Source: Myxococcota bacterium (GTDB lineage: Bacteria; Myxococcota_A; UBA9160; SZUA-336). From it: a DNA stretch of 64,000 nucleotides. Below the pieces are notes generated by a model that saw only the letters and a list, made by a program, of their open reading frames with translations, searched no databases and was not told the origin of the DNA. Positions 28,315 to 38,271 of the stretch are shown here, in pieces. The stretch is taken from NCBI GenBank assembly GCA_965247115.1, contig CBDFGR010000003.1:2240001-2304000 (forward strand). Reading direction: 5' to 3'. Within the stretch, counting starts at the first letter, position 1. Each line of letters begins with the position of its first letter. The position numbers and the translations under genes are program-made.

Positions 28315-30163
28315 GTGGAAGTTCTGATCGCAGAAGACGACCGCGCGCTGTGTCGCTCGCTCGGGCGTGCGATCGAGAAGCTGGGCTACTCGGTCCGCCC
28401 CGTCCACGACGGGGCGGCCGCGCTGGAGGCGGTAAAGGATCAGCCTCCAGATCTCGTGCTGCTGGATCTTCTGCTGCCGAAGGTCGACGGGCTCGGAGTC
28501 GTGCAGAAGCTGCGTTCCGTCGATCGGACCCGCGATATTCCCATCATCGCGATGAGCGGCGTTTATCGCGGGAAGAGCGTCGCGCGCGACCTCGAGACCG
28601 CAGGCGTTGCCGTGTTCTTGGAGAAGCCCTTCTCCGCCCGCGATCTCGCCGGGCATCTGGAGCAACTGCTGGGCAAACCGGAGAAGGAGAAGCCGGCCGA
28701 GGTCGAACGGGAACGCGGCGACCTCACGACGCTCTCTGCGCCCCGTGTCCTCTGGGAGCCGATGCGCGACCGGAAGAGTGGCCTCATTCACTTTCAGTAC
28801 GGGAAGCGCCACAAGGAGCTGCTGCTGGAGCGGGGCGTGCCTCGTGCCGTCCGCTCCAACCTTGCCAAGGAGACCCTGGGACGGTGCTTGTTCGATGCAG
28901 GCCACATCGACGAGAGGGCGTACCAGGAGGCGCAACGGCGCTCCAGGGCCTCGGGGCAGCCGCAGGGGGCGCTACTCGTCAAGCTGGGTGCGATCCGGCC
29001 AGGTGCAGCTGGACCGTGCCCTGGCGGAGCAAGCGCGAGACAAGCTGCTCGACCTCCTGTCCTGGATCGAGGGCGAGACCTGGTTCGTGGAGGGCTCCGG
29101 TGGGAGCAGGCGGGGCAGCAAGGTCGAGGGCTGGACGCCCAGGCAGGTGATCGTTCAGGGCGCGGGGGTCATTCACCCCTCTGTGCTGGACCGCGAGCTC
29201 GGGCCCTATCACGGCTCCGACGTGTCGCCGGACGCTGAGGCTCTGAAGGGAGAGGAGCTCGGAGGCGCGGCGCAGGCCCTGCTCCAGGCCCTGCGCTCCG
29301 AGAAGCGAGTCAGCTCCTTGCTCCGAGATCACGCGTCCACCCTCTATGCCATGTGGCTCGTCGGCTGCGTGACCTTCACCGAGGTCGCGAAAGGAGCAGG
29401 TGCCCGCACTGCGCCAGCGTCGCGCGGGGGTGCCGAGGTGGCCGAAGAGCTGGCGCAGCTCAAGCGAAAGCAGAGGAAGCAGAACCACTTCGAGGTGCTC
29501 GGTCTCAGCACCAAGGCCACGACGGCGGACTCGCGCGAGGCCTTCGTAGAGCTCGCGAAGCGCTATCACCCCGACAAGCTCGGAGGCGCGAGCGCCGAGC
29601 TGCAGGCGCTCGCCTCGGAGGTGTTCGCGCGCATCTCGCAGGCGCACGAGGTCCTCAGCAATCCGGAGCAGCTCCGCAACTACCTGGATCAGCTCAGCAA
29701 AGGCAGCTCTTCCAAGGAGAGTAAGGCCGCGGTCACCAAGATTCTCTCTGCCGAGCAGCAGTTTCAAAAGGCCGAGGATCTCGTGAAGCGGCGCCAGTAC
29801 TCCGACGCGATCGACGCGCTCAACTGGGCTCTCAAGCTCGACCCCCAGGAGGGCGAGTTTTACGCGCTCATGGGCTGGGCCCGTTTCCTGCAAAATCCCG
29901 AGGACGCGAGTGTCCGGAGGGAGGCGCAGGAGCAGATCCAGAAGGCGACGAGCCTCGCCCCGAACTCGCCGAGCGGCTACTACTACCTTGCCAAGCTGCA
30001 CAAGGCTTGCGAAGAACCCACTCGGGCGGAGAGAATGTTCCGGAAGGTTCTGGAGTATCGCCCCACCCACGTCGAGGCCACTCAGGAGCTCCGCCTGATC
30101 GAGATGCGCAAGTCGAAGAGCGGGAGCAGCAAGACGCTCTTCGGCTTCGGAAAGAAGAAGTAG
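28315..30163 (+). CDS. Receiver + DnaJ + TPR multidomain protein, frameshifted near 28995
   Basis: Receiver domain (AEDD, LLDLLLP, KPF) in ORF 28315; J-domain (NHFEVLG, YHPDK) and TPRs in ORF 28607. Removing one base at ATCCGGC joins the two. Confidence 0.8.
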
Positions 30164-30168
30164 CTGCA

Positions 30169-31086
30169 GTGGTCGACAAGACCGAACAGGTTTGGCTGAA
30201 CGGAGAGTTTGTCCCCTGGGACGAGGCGAGGGTCCCGATCCTCACGCACACTCTGCACTACGGGCTGGGTGTCTTCGAGGGGATCCGCTGCTATGAGTGC
30301 GACGACGGGTCCAGCGCAGTCTTCCGGTTAGACGAGCACCTCACTCGTCTCTACAACTCCGCGAAGATCGTCGAGCTGGAGATGCCGTACCCGGTCGAGC
30401 AGATCGCGAGCGCCATCAAGCAGACGCTGCGCGTCAACAGGCTGGCGGAGGGGTACATCCGCCCGATCGTCTATCTGGGCGAAGGGGCGATGGGTCTCCT
30501 GCCGACGGACAACCCCGTGCAGGTCGCACTCATCGTGTGGCCATGGGGGGCGTACCTCGGAGCGGAGGGCCTCGAGCGGGGCATTCGTGCCAAGGTGTCT
30601 TCCTACTCGCGGCATCACCCGAACGTGACCATGACCAAGTCGAAGACGTGCGGGGACTACGTCAACTCGATCCTGGCGAAGCGCGAGGTCACGCGTCTGG
30701 GCTACGACGAGGCCATCATGCTGGACACGACGGGTCTCGTGTCCGAGGCCACTGGCGAGAACCTGTTCATCGTCCGCGACGGGACCGTGAAGACGCCTCC
30801 CCCCGGGACGATCCTGGAGGGCATCACACGCGACGCCGTGATCCGGATCGCTCGCGACAAGGGGATCGAGGTCATGGAGCAGCCGGTCACGCGGGACGAG
30901 CTCTACAGCGCCGACGAGTGCTTCCTTACGGGAACTGCCGCCGAGGTCACGCCGATCCGCGAGGTGGACGATCGCGTGATTGGCAACGGCGCGCGCGGTG
31001 CCATCACGCGCACCCTCCAGGCGACCTACTTCGACGCGGTCAAGGGACGCGAGAGCAAGTACGACTCCTGGCTGACCCGGGTGTAG
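30169..31086 (+). CDS. ilvE: Branched-chain amino acid aminotransferase
   Basis: LHYGLGVFEGIR, YIRP, EATGENLF, ILEGITR, FLTGTAAEVTP. Confidence 0.95.
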   Translation: MVDKTEQVWLNGEFVPWDEARVPILTHTLHYGLGVFEGIRCYECDDGSSAVFRLDEHLTRLYNSAKIVELEMPYPVEQIASAIKQTLRVNRLAEGYIRPIVYLGEGAMGLLPTDNPVQVALIVWPWGAYLGAEGLERGIRAKVSSYSRHHPNVTMTKSKTCGDYVNSILAKREVTRLGYDEAIMLDTTGLVSEATGENLFIVRDGTVKTPPPGTILEGITRDAVIRIARDKGIEVMEQPVTRDELYSADECFLTGTAAEVTPIREVDDRVIGNGARGAITRTLQATYFDAVKGRESKYDSWLTRV

Positions 31087-31101
31087 CTCGGGGAGCGCCT
31101 C

Positions 31102-31389
31102 GTGAGCGTCTGGTCGAGCTGCAGGATCGAGGTCCGAGCCGGAGAGGCGCTCGAGTTCGAGGACGACGATTGCGACGTTCGCCTCGAAGCCGGCAAGCTG
31201 ACGCTCACCTACTTCGACAGCGAAGGCCCCCTCGTCTTCATCGGGCTCGAGCAAGAGGACGGCTGCTTCGACCTGATCTGCCGCAGCCGCCCCCGCCGCG
31301 CCACCCTCCACCGCAACGGCGACACACTAACCGGTACCTGGCAAGAGGCCGACGCGACCGGAGCGTGGACCATCACCCTGCGCAAGTAG
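31102..31389 (+). CDS. Small hypothetical beta-rich protein
   Basis: 95-aa ORF directly after ilvE, with coherent codon usage. Confidence 0.6.
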   Translation: MSVWSSCRIEVRAGEALEFEDDDCDVRLEAGKLTLTYFDSEGPLVFIGLEQEDGCFDLICRSRPRRATLHRNGDTLTGTWQEADATGAWTITLRK

Positions 31390-31413
31390 TCAGCCCGCCG
31401 CCCCCCCCACGCC

Positions 31414-31525
31414 GTCGGAGGTCGGGAACGTCCCCCGGAGGACTCCGCGCCTTGCGTGCACACAGAACTTGCTCCCCTCGAATACCGCTACCACAGTCCT
31501 CCGGAGGACGTTCCCGACCTCCGAC
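31414..31525. repeat. Repeat family B copy (31-bp inverted arms, 50-nt spacer)
   Basis: GTCGGAGGTCGGGAACGTCCCCCGGAGGACT ... AGTCCTCCGGAGGACGTTCCCGACCTCCGAC. Confidence 0.9.
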
Positions 31526-31543
31526 TCCTTGCTAGCCTCGTTA

Positions 31544-31694
31544 GAACTTGGGGACGGTCCTTAATCCGAACTTACTCCGCGTGAGACGACCGCAGCGACG
31601 CCTAGACGAGCGAATGTGCCCAGGAGTCCCGCCAGAGTGACCAGAAGTTCCGACTTCGCCAAACAAGTTCGGTTCAAGGACCGTCCCCAAGTTC
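31544..31694. repeat. Repeat family C doublet (30-bp inverted arms with a GGGGACGGTCC core)
   Basis: GAACTTGGGGACGGTCCTTAATCCGAACTT ... AAGTTCGGTTCAAGGACCGTCCCCAAGTTC. Confidence 0.85.
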
Positions 31695-31719
31695 GGATTC
31701 CTGCGGGGTTTGGCAACCG

Positions 31720-31809
31720 TGCAAGCGCCGCGGAGCGGCGCGCGCAGCGAAGGGCGAAGCCCTGAGCGGAGGTGGGTGGCCGCGGCCGCCCGCGGCCGGG
31801 TCCCACAAG
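31720..31809 (+). repeat. Repeat family A copy
   Basis: TGCAAGCGCCGC...GGGTCCCACAAG. Confidence 0.9.
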
Positions 31810-31816
31810 ACAAGAC

Positions 31817-33349
31817 CTACCCGATGGCGTAGCCGAAGATGGCGTCGAGGACGCGTTCTTGCTGGATGTCTTCCAGGTCGAATTCGATGGGGAGTAGGAG
31901 GCCCGTCGCGATGGCGCCGTCGGTGGCCGGGAGGACCGCGAGCTCGCGTTCCGCGACGGGGAGGCGGAGGCGGCGGGTCTCTATACCACCGTCGAGAAGC
32001 AGCTTGTGCAGGTCGTCTGCGCTCGTGCGGGCGAAGCGCGTGAGACGGAGCAGGTAGCCGGCGTACACAGAGAGCGCCTCTTCTGGCGTCGGAGGCACGC
32101 GAAAGGCGTCGTAGCGGACGAGCTGCGCGGAGTACTCGGTCGCGACAGCTCGACGGGCGGCGATTCGATCGTCCTGGCTCTCGAGCTCTCGCAGTGCCAG
32201 ACTGGCCAGGCCTTCACCGATGCGCAGCGACGCAGCTCGGGATCGGAAACGATTCGCGAGCTGGCCCGGGAGCGTGACCAGCGCGACCTGATCGCACGAC
32301 GTTCGCCCTCCCACGGGCATGCGAAAGACGCACGCGCACGGTGCCCTGCCGAGCCTGGAGTCGCCGAAGCGAGCGCCCAGGGTGTCCCCGCCATCTTCCA
32401 TCACCTCGAGACCGCGCTCCTCGGCCAGAGCGTAGAGGCGATCCAGCTCTGCGGGCTGGCCGAGCGGGTGCGAGATCAACAGACCTCGCGTGCGTGGGCC
32501 GATTGCCTCCCGCGCGCGCTCGGGATCGAGCGTGAGGCGATCGGGATGCACGTCGACGAGGACCGGCTTCGCGTGCGTTCCCTCCAGGCCACCCGTCGCG
32601 GCGTCCGAGAGGAGTCCGGGACAGATCACCTCGTCCCCCTCTTCGAGCTCGAGCGTCTCCGTCAGGAGTCGGAAGGCGTCGGTGGCGGAGCGCAGTGCGA
32701 AGACGTGCTCAGCGCCGACGTACTCGGCGACCGCCCGCTCGAGTCGATCCGTCTGCGCCCCAGGCTCGCTAATGCTCACGACGGCGTGAAGCTCGGCCGC
32801 GGGATTTCGGCCAGCCTCGAAGGGTACGCTCACGGGAACGAGCGGATTCGAGGGCCGCAGCTGGTCCAGGTACTCCTCGACGCAGCCGACCAGCTCGTCG
32901 ATCATGCGCAAGTAGACCTCGCCCACGTCGTCATCGTCGTCGGCGGGCGAGAGCGTGCGCGTAATCACGTCGCGACCGCGCTGTCGCAGAACCAGTCCCG
33001 GACAGCTGTCCGAGCTGAAGAAATCGATCGCCTCGAGCAGGCCGAGCCTGCAGTTGCCGCCGATGGAGAGCGGAATCTCCGTGTTGACGCCGAGAGCGAT
33101 CGCGAGCTCCGGCCGAATTCGGTCCTCGAGCCAGCGCACGATCTCTTCCCCGAGCTTGTGTCCGCTGCGTGCCGGGATCGAGGCCCGGTCGCAAATTTCC
33201 AGGATCTCCGGACAGAAGTCGCGCTCTCCCCCACCTTCCACCCCGATGAACGCGACGACTCGGTCGCCGCGCTCCAGGAGTCGCTCGAGCATGCAGAGCG
33301 CGCGATACGTCCCGCCTATTAGCAGAATTCTCGGTCCCATGTGATTCAC
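31817..33349 (-). CDS. Degenerate formyltransferase-like + DegT/DnrJ aminotransferase-like fusion
   Basis: N-terminus resembles the Fmt/ArnA start; C-terminus has LERAVAEYVGAEH, GDEVICP, PVLVDV, HPLGQPAE, EVMED; no recognisable catalytic Lys motif. Confidence 0.75.
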   Translation of the reverse strand: MNHMGPRILLIGGTYRALCMLERLLERGDRVVAFIGVEGGGERDFCPEILEICDRASIPARSGHKLGEEIVRWLEDRIRPELAIALGVNTEIPLSIGGNCRLGLLEAIDFFSSDSCPGLVLRQRGRDVITRTLSPADDDDDVGEVYLRMIDELVGCVEEYLDQLRPSNPLVPVSVPFEAGRNPAAELHAVVSISEPGAQTDRLERAVAEYVGAEHVFALRSATDAFRLLTETLELEEGDEVICPGLLSDAATGGLEGTHAKPVLVDVHPDRLTLDPERAREAIGPRTRGLLISHPLGQPAELDRLYALAEERGLEVMEDGGDTLGARFGDSRLGRAPCACVFRMPVGGRTSCDQVALVTLPGQLANRFRSRAASLRIGEGLASLALRELESQDDRIAARRAVATEYSAQLVRYDAFRVPPTPEEALSVYAGYLLRLTRFARTSADDLHKLLLDGGIETRRLRLPVAERELAVLPATDGAIATGLLLPIEFDLEDIQQERVLDAIFGYAIG

Positions 33350-33912
33350 TCGAACTCTCCGCTGCGCTCCTTGCGAAGCGCCTGGGTCTGACTTCTCAGT
33401 GCAAGCTGCACGAGCCGCTCGCGGTCGTCGGGGAGGATCTCCTCGAAGCTGAAGGCAGTGTCGTCGGGTGCGTCCGTGTCTTGGGTCACCACGCGAGCGA
33501 GGGCCCAGATCGGCGGCACCCCTGCGTCACCGAGATCGAGCTGCACCTCCACGAGCGTCTTGTCGGGCAGGTCGATACCGAAGGGTCCGGCAAAGCCTGC
33601 GGCGGAGAGACAGACCTCCACCGGTGCATCGCTCGAGAGCAGCTCACTCTGCATGCCGCCTGCCTGCCGCGCCACGTCGTCGATGCGACGCTCGATGCGG
33701 TCGAGGCTGAGTGCGATGTACTTCAACAAGCCCAGCGCCAGCAGCTGCTCGCTCGGTAGGTTCTGGGCCTCGAGTGCGCCGGGCGCGAACGCTCGGGGGA
33801 TACTGCGCGTTCTCACGCGCGCCCTGGCAGCCGATTCCTCAACGTCGGCCACGACGCGCAGCCCGACGCGCGCATAGCAACGTATGCGGAAGTACTCGCG
33901 TCGGGTGCTCAT
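33346..33912 (-). CDS. PilZ-domain protein
   Basis: RREYFRI (RxxxR), degenerate xLSAAG, ARVV, AFSFEEI. Confidence 0.7.
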   Translation of the reverse strand: MSTRREYFRIRCYARVGLRVVADVEESAARARVRTRSIPRAFAPGALEAQNLPSEQLLALGLLKYIALSLDRIERRIDDVARQAGGMQSELLSSDAPVEVCLSAAGFAGPFGIDLPDKTLVEVQLDLGDAGVPPIWALARVVTQDTDAPDDTAFSFEEILPDDRERLVQLALRSQTQALRKERSGEFE

Positions 33913-34493
33913 TCCACCGCCCATCGCATCAGCTCCTGAAACTGGCTCAGAGCGCGCGGGAGCACGTAGCCTGTGAGATCGGCGAGTCGGACGGGGTCGC
34001 CGCTCTTGAGCTCATCGAACAGATCCTTGACGCCTTCGAGCAGTGCCGTTTCGGCGTTCATCCAGCGGCTGTCGAACTCGGTCTTCTGATCGGGCTCCAC
34101 CTCGAGGAAGCGCCGAAGACCCTGCAGCAAGCTGACGAGTACCTGGAGCGCCTCGATCACGTCGACCAGTCGCGCGCGACCGTTCTGATCCTTGCCAACG
34201 CGGAAGTCCTCCGAGACCGACTCGAGCACACCTCCGATTCGGGCGATCCAGTCCGACGCCTCGCCAAGACTGTTCCGCGCGATCGTCTGCGGAGTGGCGC
34301 TGCCGACGCTGACGCTCCGGACGCTTCCCACGTCGACAGCCTCGAGCTGGTCTTCGTCAATGGCGCGTCCGTTCACGACGAGCTTCTGGATCAGGTGGCC
34401 GGGCCCGAGAGATCGCTGCAGGAGCTCGCGCAGCTCATTGGTGGACGGCGGGTCGACCAGCTGTCGGTTTCCGTTTATCTCCAGGTCGATCAT
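33909..34493 (-). CDS. Hypothetical protein in the glycosylation operon
   Basis: ATGA-coupled to both neighbours; helical C-terminal half (DPVRLADLTGY). Confidence 0.7.
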   Translation of the reverse strand: MIDLEINGNRQLVDPPSTNELRELLQRSLGPGHLIQKLVVNGRAIDEDQLEAVDVGSVRSVSVGSATPQTIARNSLGEASDWIARIGGVLESVSEDFRVGKDQNGRARLVDVIEALQVLVSLLQGLRRFLEVEPDQKTEFDSRWMNAETALLEGVKDLFDELKSGDPVRLADLTGYVLPRALSQFQELMRWAVE

Positions 34494-36130
34494 GGGGCGA
34501 CTCCTTGGTGTGTAGGATCGATGATGTCGCGAACCAGGGCGGCACGGTGCCCCAGCGCTGCGTACTCCTCCGCGCTGCGGAGTGCGAGCGCCGGCAGATC
34601 CGCGTCAGGTAAGCTCTCGAGCGCGGCCTCCAGGGACAGCCCCAGAGGAGCCAGCAAGGGCTCGCTGCGCGCAATTTCAAACGCTTCCCGGTCGCAGCGT
34701 TGCAGCCGTTCTCCCGCACGCTTGGCCCGCACGGGATCGGGTCGATCGCACAGGAGCTCGCGTGCTGTTTGCTCGCCGCTGCAGGCGAGTGTCTCCAAGC
34801 GCAGCAGCCCGTCGACCACGCCCTGGGGCAAGAGGTCCGCCCAGCGCCCTGGCAGGGTGGAGTAGCGCTGCTCGCCCTCGCGCCAGATCTGCTCAGGAAC
34901 GAGGCGACGGCCAGCCAGGCTCTCGAGAAAAACCGCGCGGTAGGCTGCCGCCATGAGCTCGTACGGACGTGGTGGGCGCCGGTGAACCGGGAAGAGATCG
35001 AGCAGGCCGTTCTCGTCAAAGCGCGTGCGGTACAGGTCCGCGCGTGGCAGCTGCGCGATGTCCTCCGGCTGCGCTCCACCCACAATGCGCGACAACAGCT
35101 CCGCGAGCCATTCGCCCGGAATGTCCTCGTGACAGGCCGGATAGCCGCACTTCACAAAGTGGTGGCAGGGTGCGCAGCCGAGCCGGGACATGAGTGCCCA
35201 GTGCCCCTTGGCATAGACGGCCGTCTCCCACGGGTTCCCGAGCCCGACGAAGATCGCGCAGGTCGTTGTTCCGACCGCTCCGGCGAGGTGCATCGTGCCC
35301 GTATCGCCGGTGAGCAGCACGTCGCAGCGCTCGATCACCGCGGCCAGCTCCGGGACGCTGGTCTCCCCGATGAGCTGGACGAAGGGGACCGACGGGCAGG
35401 CGCTGCAGAGCTCGCGAGCCAGCGCCCTCTCCGCGGGCACGCCGACGAGCACCACCTGCACGCCGGGGAGCAGGCGACCCAGCTCGTTCAGTGTCCTGGC
35501 GTAGCTCCGCACCGACCAGGCCTTGGTATCGCTGCTCGCGCCCAGCTGCACCGCGACGAGAGGCACGTCCTGGCGGAGCCGCTCCTTCGCGAAGTGGCGC
35601 GCGTCGGGTGGGATGATCACGCGCAGCGGCTCACCGCAGCCGAGCAGGCCTGCCGCGCCCAGGTAGACGTCGACCAGGTTGTAGCGCGTCACGCGACGGG
35701 CGCGCACGAGCGAGCTCATGTGTTGAAGCCACGCGTTCTCGACGCGCCGGAAGCCCTGGCGGTCGAGGTCGAAGCCGATGGTCTGCTCCGCGTTGAGCAG
35801 GGAGAGCAGCACCCCCGAGGTCCGAGAATGCGTGAAGTTCAGGACCATGTCGAAGCGCACGCGCGCCAGCTCGTCGGCGATGTCGCGTACCTCTCGAAAG
35901 GCGTCGAGGAAGCTCGCGTCCCGATCCATCATGAGACGGGCGAGCGCGTCGCCGTCGATGTCGTGAATGGCGTCCACGCCGGGCAGCAGCTCTGCCACCT
36001 CGCGGAACCGGGTCTTGACGATCAGGTGAAGTTCAGCCTCGGGGTGCCGCTTGCGAAGGCCCGAGAGCACGGGCGTGGTCTGGATGAGATCTCCAAAGCG
36101 GGTCAGGTTGAGAATGGCGATGCGTTTCAC
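34490..36130 (-). CDS. Glycosyltransferase family 9 (heptosyltransferase-like) with a C-terminal extension
   Basis: RFGDLIQTTP, QLGAS..KAW, TGDTGTMHLA, CAPC. Confidence 0.9.
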   Translation of the reverse strand: MKRIAILNLTRFGDLIQTTPVLSGLRKRHPEAELHLIVKTRFREVAELLPGVDAIHDIDGDALARLMMDRDASFLDAFREVRDIADELARVRFDMVLNFTHSRTSGVLLSLLNAEQTIGFDLDRQGFRRVENAWLQHMSSLVRARRVTRYNLVDVYLGAAGLLGCGEPLRVIIPPDARHFAKERLRQDVPLVAVQLGASSDTKAWSVRSYARTLNELGRLLPGVQVVLVGVPAERALARELCSACPSVPFVQLIGETSVPELAAVIERCDVLLTGDTGTMHLAGAVGTTTCAIFVGLGNPWETAVYAKGHWALMSRLGCAPCHHFVKCGYPACHEDIPGEWLAELLSRIVGGAQPEDIAQLPRADLYRTRFDENGLLDLFPVHRRPPRPYELMAAAYRAVFLESLAGRRLVPEQIWREGEQRYSTLPGRWADLLPQGVVDGLLRLETLACSGEQTARELLCDRPDPVRAKRAGERLQRCDREAFEIARSEPLLAPLGLSLEAALESLPDADLPALALRSAEEYAALGHRAALVRDIIDPTHQGVAP

Positions 36131-37956
36131 GCCGGCTCCCCGGCTTCGTTCAGCACCGCGATCTCACCGCGTGCCTCGCGAAGGAAGAGCAGCAGCTTCT
36201 CGTCGTGCGTGAGCGGTCCTTCACCCGACCCAACCGCGCGTGAGATCGCATCGGAGTCGAGCACGTCCTCGGGGTTGACGCGCGCCAGGACGCTCCGGAG
36301 CCCAGGCTCGTCTGTCGCCGCCTCCAGCACGGAGCCCACCGTGGGAAGAATGCTGCGCCGCGGCATGAGTGGGACGGGACCTGCAGAGAGCGTCTCGATC
36401 GCCGACTCCATGCGGTGTCGGTAGGTATGCTCCGCCAGCGCGCGGCGTTGGGATGCCGCGGCGATCTCGGCGCGCTCGTCCGGATGGTCCAGGTAGTAAC
36501 GGAGCTTCTGTCGACACTCGTCGATGTCGGCAAAGGTCTCGAGCTCGACAGCGGGCTCGAAAAAGCGCGACAGCTCGCTCCGCTCGTCTACGAGCTGGAA
36601 GCAGCGCGCCCCCGCGAGCTCGAACGTGCGCGGATTCAGGAAGTCGCCAACGGGATTCACCCCATCACACCAGGGCGAGGAGTGGAGGTTCAGGTTGACG
36701 CGGCTCGAGTTGAAGATCCGGTTCGAATCCTCACTCGACAGCCTCACGTTGGGTTCCGGCATCGCGTCCAGAAAGGCAGCGGAGAGCGGCCAATCGGTGC
36801 CGTAGATGCGCAGCCCGAGCGAGAACAGTGCTGGTAAGAAGTGCCGGCGGTTGTGGTATCCGGCACCTACGAAAGATGTGTCGCACCCGTAGCGAGTCTG
36901 CTCTTCCGAGGAGAGCGCGATTGGTCGGTGCAACGACGGGTCGAAGCCCATCGGGAGCTCGGCGGCGTAGGCGCCCGCCTGCCGCAGCGGTTCGGCGAGA
37001 GCGTCGGGCTGCAGATGGAAGATGGTGTCGTACAGATCCGTCAGGTCGGACCAGTACGACATGACGTGAGCGTCCTCACAAAACCATAACGCGCGGGTCA
37101 CGCCGAGCTGCCCGAGACTCCGCAAGGCCTCGGGATCGAGCGGCGCTCCGGCGACGGCAAAGACCAGGTCGGGGGGATTGAGCCGAAAGCTCCCGAGCAG
37201 CATCTCGCCGATGACGCGAACCAACCCAGCCCTGAGCGACTCGGAGAGCGGCACGAGGCGCTGGTCGGTCGAGATGCGCAGGACTTCCTGGTACGCCGGC
37301 CAGAACGCGGCGAGGTCGAGCATACGAACGTGGTGTCCGAGCTCGAGGAGCGCGCGTCCGCAGGCGGCGGCCACGGGCACGGCCCCCCCGTACAGGGGAG
37401 AGATCACGGCGATGTCCAGGGAGCAAGGGGCGCCTCCAGGGCGGAAGCGCTGGGCCAGCAGGTCGTGGAACGCTGGGAAGCGTCGGCGGCTGGAAGGATG
37501 GGCGAGTAGCAGGCCCCGTTCGGAGCTCGCGAAGATCGGATGCTGCAGGATGTGACCGGCGTCCTCCCCCGCGACGAGCTGGATCCGTTCGAGGGCCTGC
37601 GAAAGGTCGATGCGAGCTAGCACCGCGCGGAGCAGACGTTCCGATGGCTCGGCCACGAGGATCGGTCCGTCGAAGTCTCCGAGAAAGCGCAGCGTGTGGA
37701 CACCCATGCCGAAGAGCACCAGCCGGGTCGCTCCAGCCTCTCGTGCGCGTTCGACGAAGTACGCGGCCAGCTGCCGCGCCTCCGCCTCGGGATCCTCCGC
37801 ACTCGCCTCTTCCGATCCGTCGAGGCGAATGGAGACGGCACCGCTCCGGGCCGCAAAGATCTCGACGTTGCGGTCGGGCTCGGCATCTGTCATGCGTTCC
37901 GCCAGCTCTGGCTGGGTGCGGCGAAGCGCCTCGAGGTTTGCTGCTAGGGGCTGCAT
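36127..37956 (-). CDS. CgeB/DUF3880-type glycosyltransferase with a Maf-like N-terminus
   Basis: NLEALRR..PELA..SAEDPEAEA N-terminus; SFVGAGYHNR, NLNLHS, NPRTFELAG, ALAEHTYRHR. Confidence 0.85.
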   Translation of the reverse strand: MQPLAANLEALRRTQPELAERMTDAEPDRNVEIFAARSGAVSIRLDGSEEASAEDPEAEARQLAAYFVERAREAGATRLVLFGMGVHTLRFLGDFDGPILVAEPSERLLRAVLARIDLSQALERIQLVAGEDAGHILQHPIFASSERGLLLAHPSSRRRFPAFHDLLAQRFRPGGAPCSLDIAVISPLYGGAVPVAAACGRALLELGHHVRMLDLAAFWPAYQEVLRISTDQRLVPLSESLRAGLVRVIGEMLLGSFRLNPPDLVFAVAGAPLDPEALRSLGQLGVTRALWFCEDAHVMSYWSDLTDLYDTIFHLQPDALAEPLRQAGAYAAELPMGFDPSLHRPIALSSEEQTRYGCDTSFVGAGYHNRRHFLPALFSLGLRIYGTDWPLSAAFLDAMPEPNVRLSSEDSNRIFNSSRVNLNLHSSPWCDGVNPVGDFLNPRTFELAGARCFQLVDERSELSRFFEPAVELETFADIDECRQKLRYYLDHPDERAEIAAASQRRALAEHTYRHRMESAIETLSAGPVPLMPRRSILPTVGSVLEAATDEPGLRSVLARVNPEDVLDSDAISRAVGSGEGPLTHDEKLLLFLREARGEIAVLNEAGEPA

Positions 37957-37985
37957 CGCCCTCCAACGGGGGCGAGGAGGACGGG

Positions 37986-38002
37986 AGCAAAGCGCGTGCC
38001 GA
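37986..38002 (-). promoter_or_regulatory. Sigma54-like promoter of the glycosylation operon
   Basis: Minus strand TCGGCACGCGCTTTGCT, exact GG-N10-GC spacing, about 30 nt before the ATG. Confidence 0.6.
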
Positions 38003-38120
38003 CGAGAGGCAGCATCGCTGACACCTCGAGCCGCGTCCCGACGCCCGCGCTGGGCAAGACTTGCCGAGAGCTAGAGTCCTCGCGGCAATCTCCGCCTGCC
38101 CTTATGGGACCTGGCCGCGT

Positions 38121-38212
38121 CTTGCGGGACCCGGCGCGCGAGCGGTCGCGCGCCACCCGCCTCCGCTCAGGCCTACGGCCTTCGCTGCGCGCGCCGCTTT
38201 GCGGCGCTTGCA
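38121..38212 (-). repeat. Repeat family A copy (inverted)
   Basis: Reverse complement of the family A consensus. Confidence 0.9.
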
Positions 38213-38271
38213 GGGAGGTGTGACGGAGATTCCGTGGCGAACCGGCAACCTCCTACGAGGCTCGGCAGCCC

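Noticed and set aside
28990..29005. Programmed ribosomal frameshifting at the three frameshift sites
   Set aside because: No slippery sequence or homopolymer tract; simple indels are more parsimonious.
31541..31813. Small ORFs over repeat islands (also 49855-50133, 58035-58223, 59019-59408)
   Set aside because: They are translations of the palindromic repeats, and the same pseudo-peptides recur at each copy.
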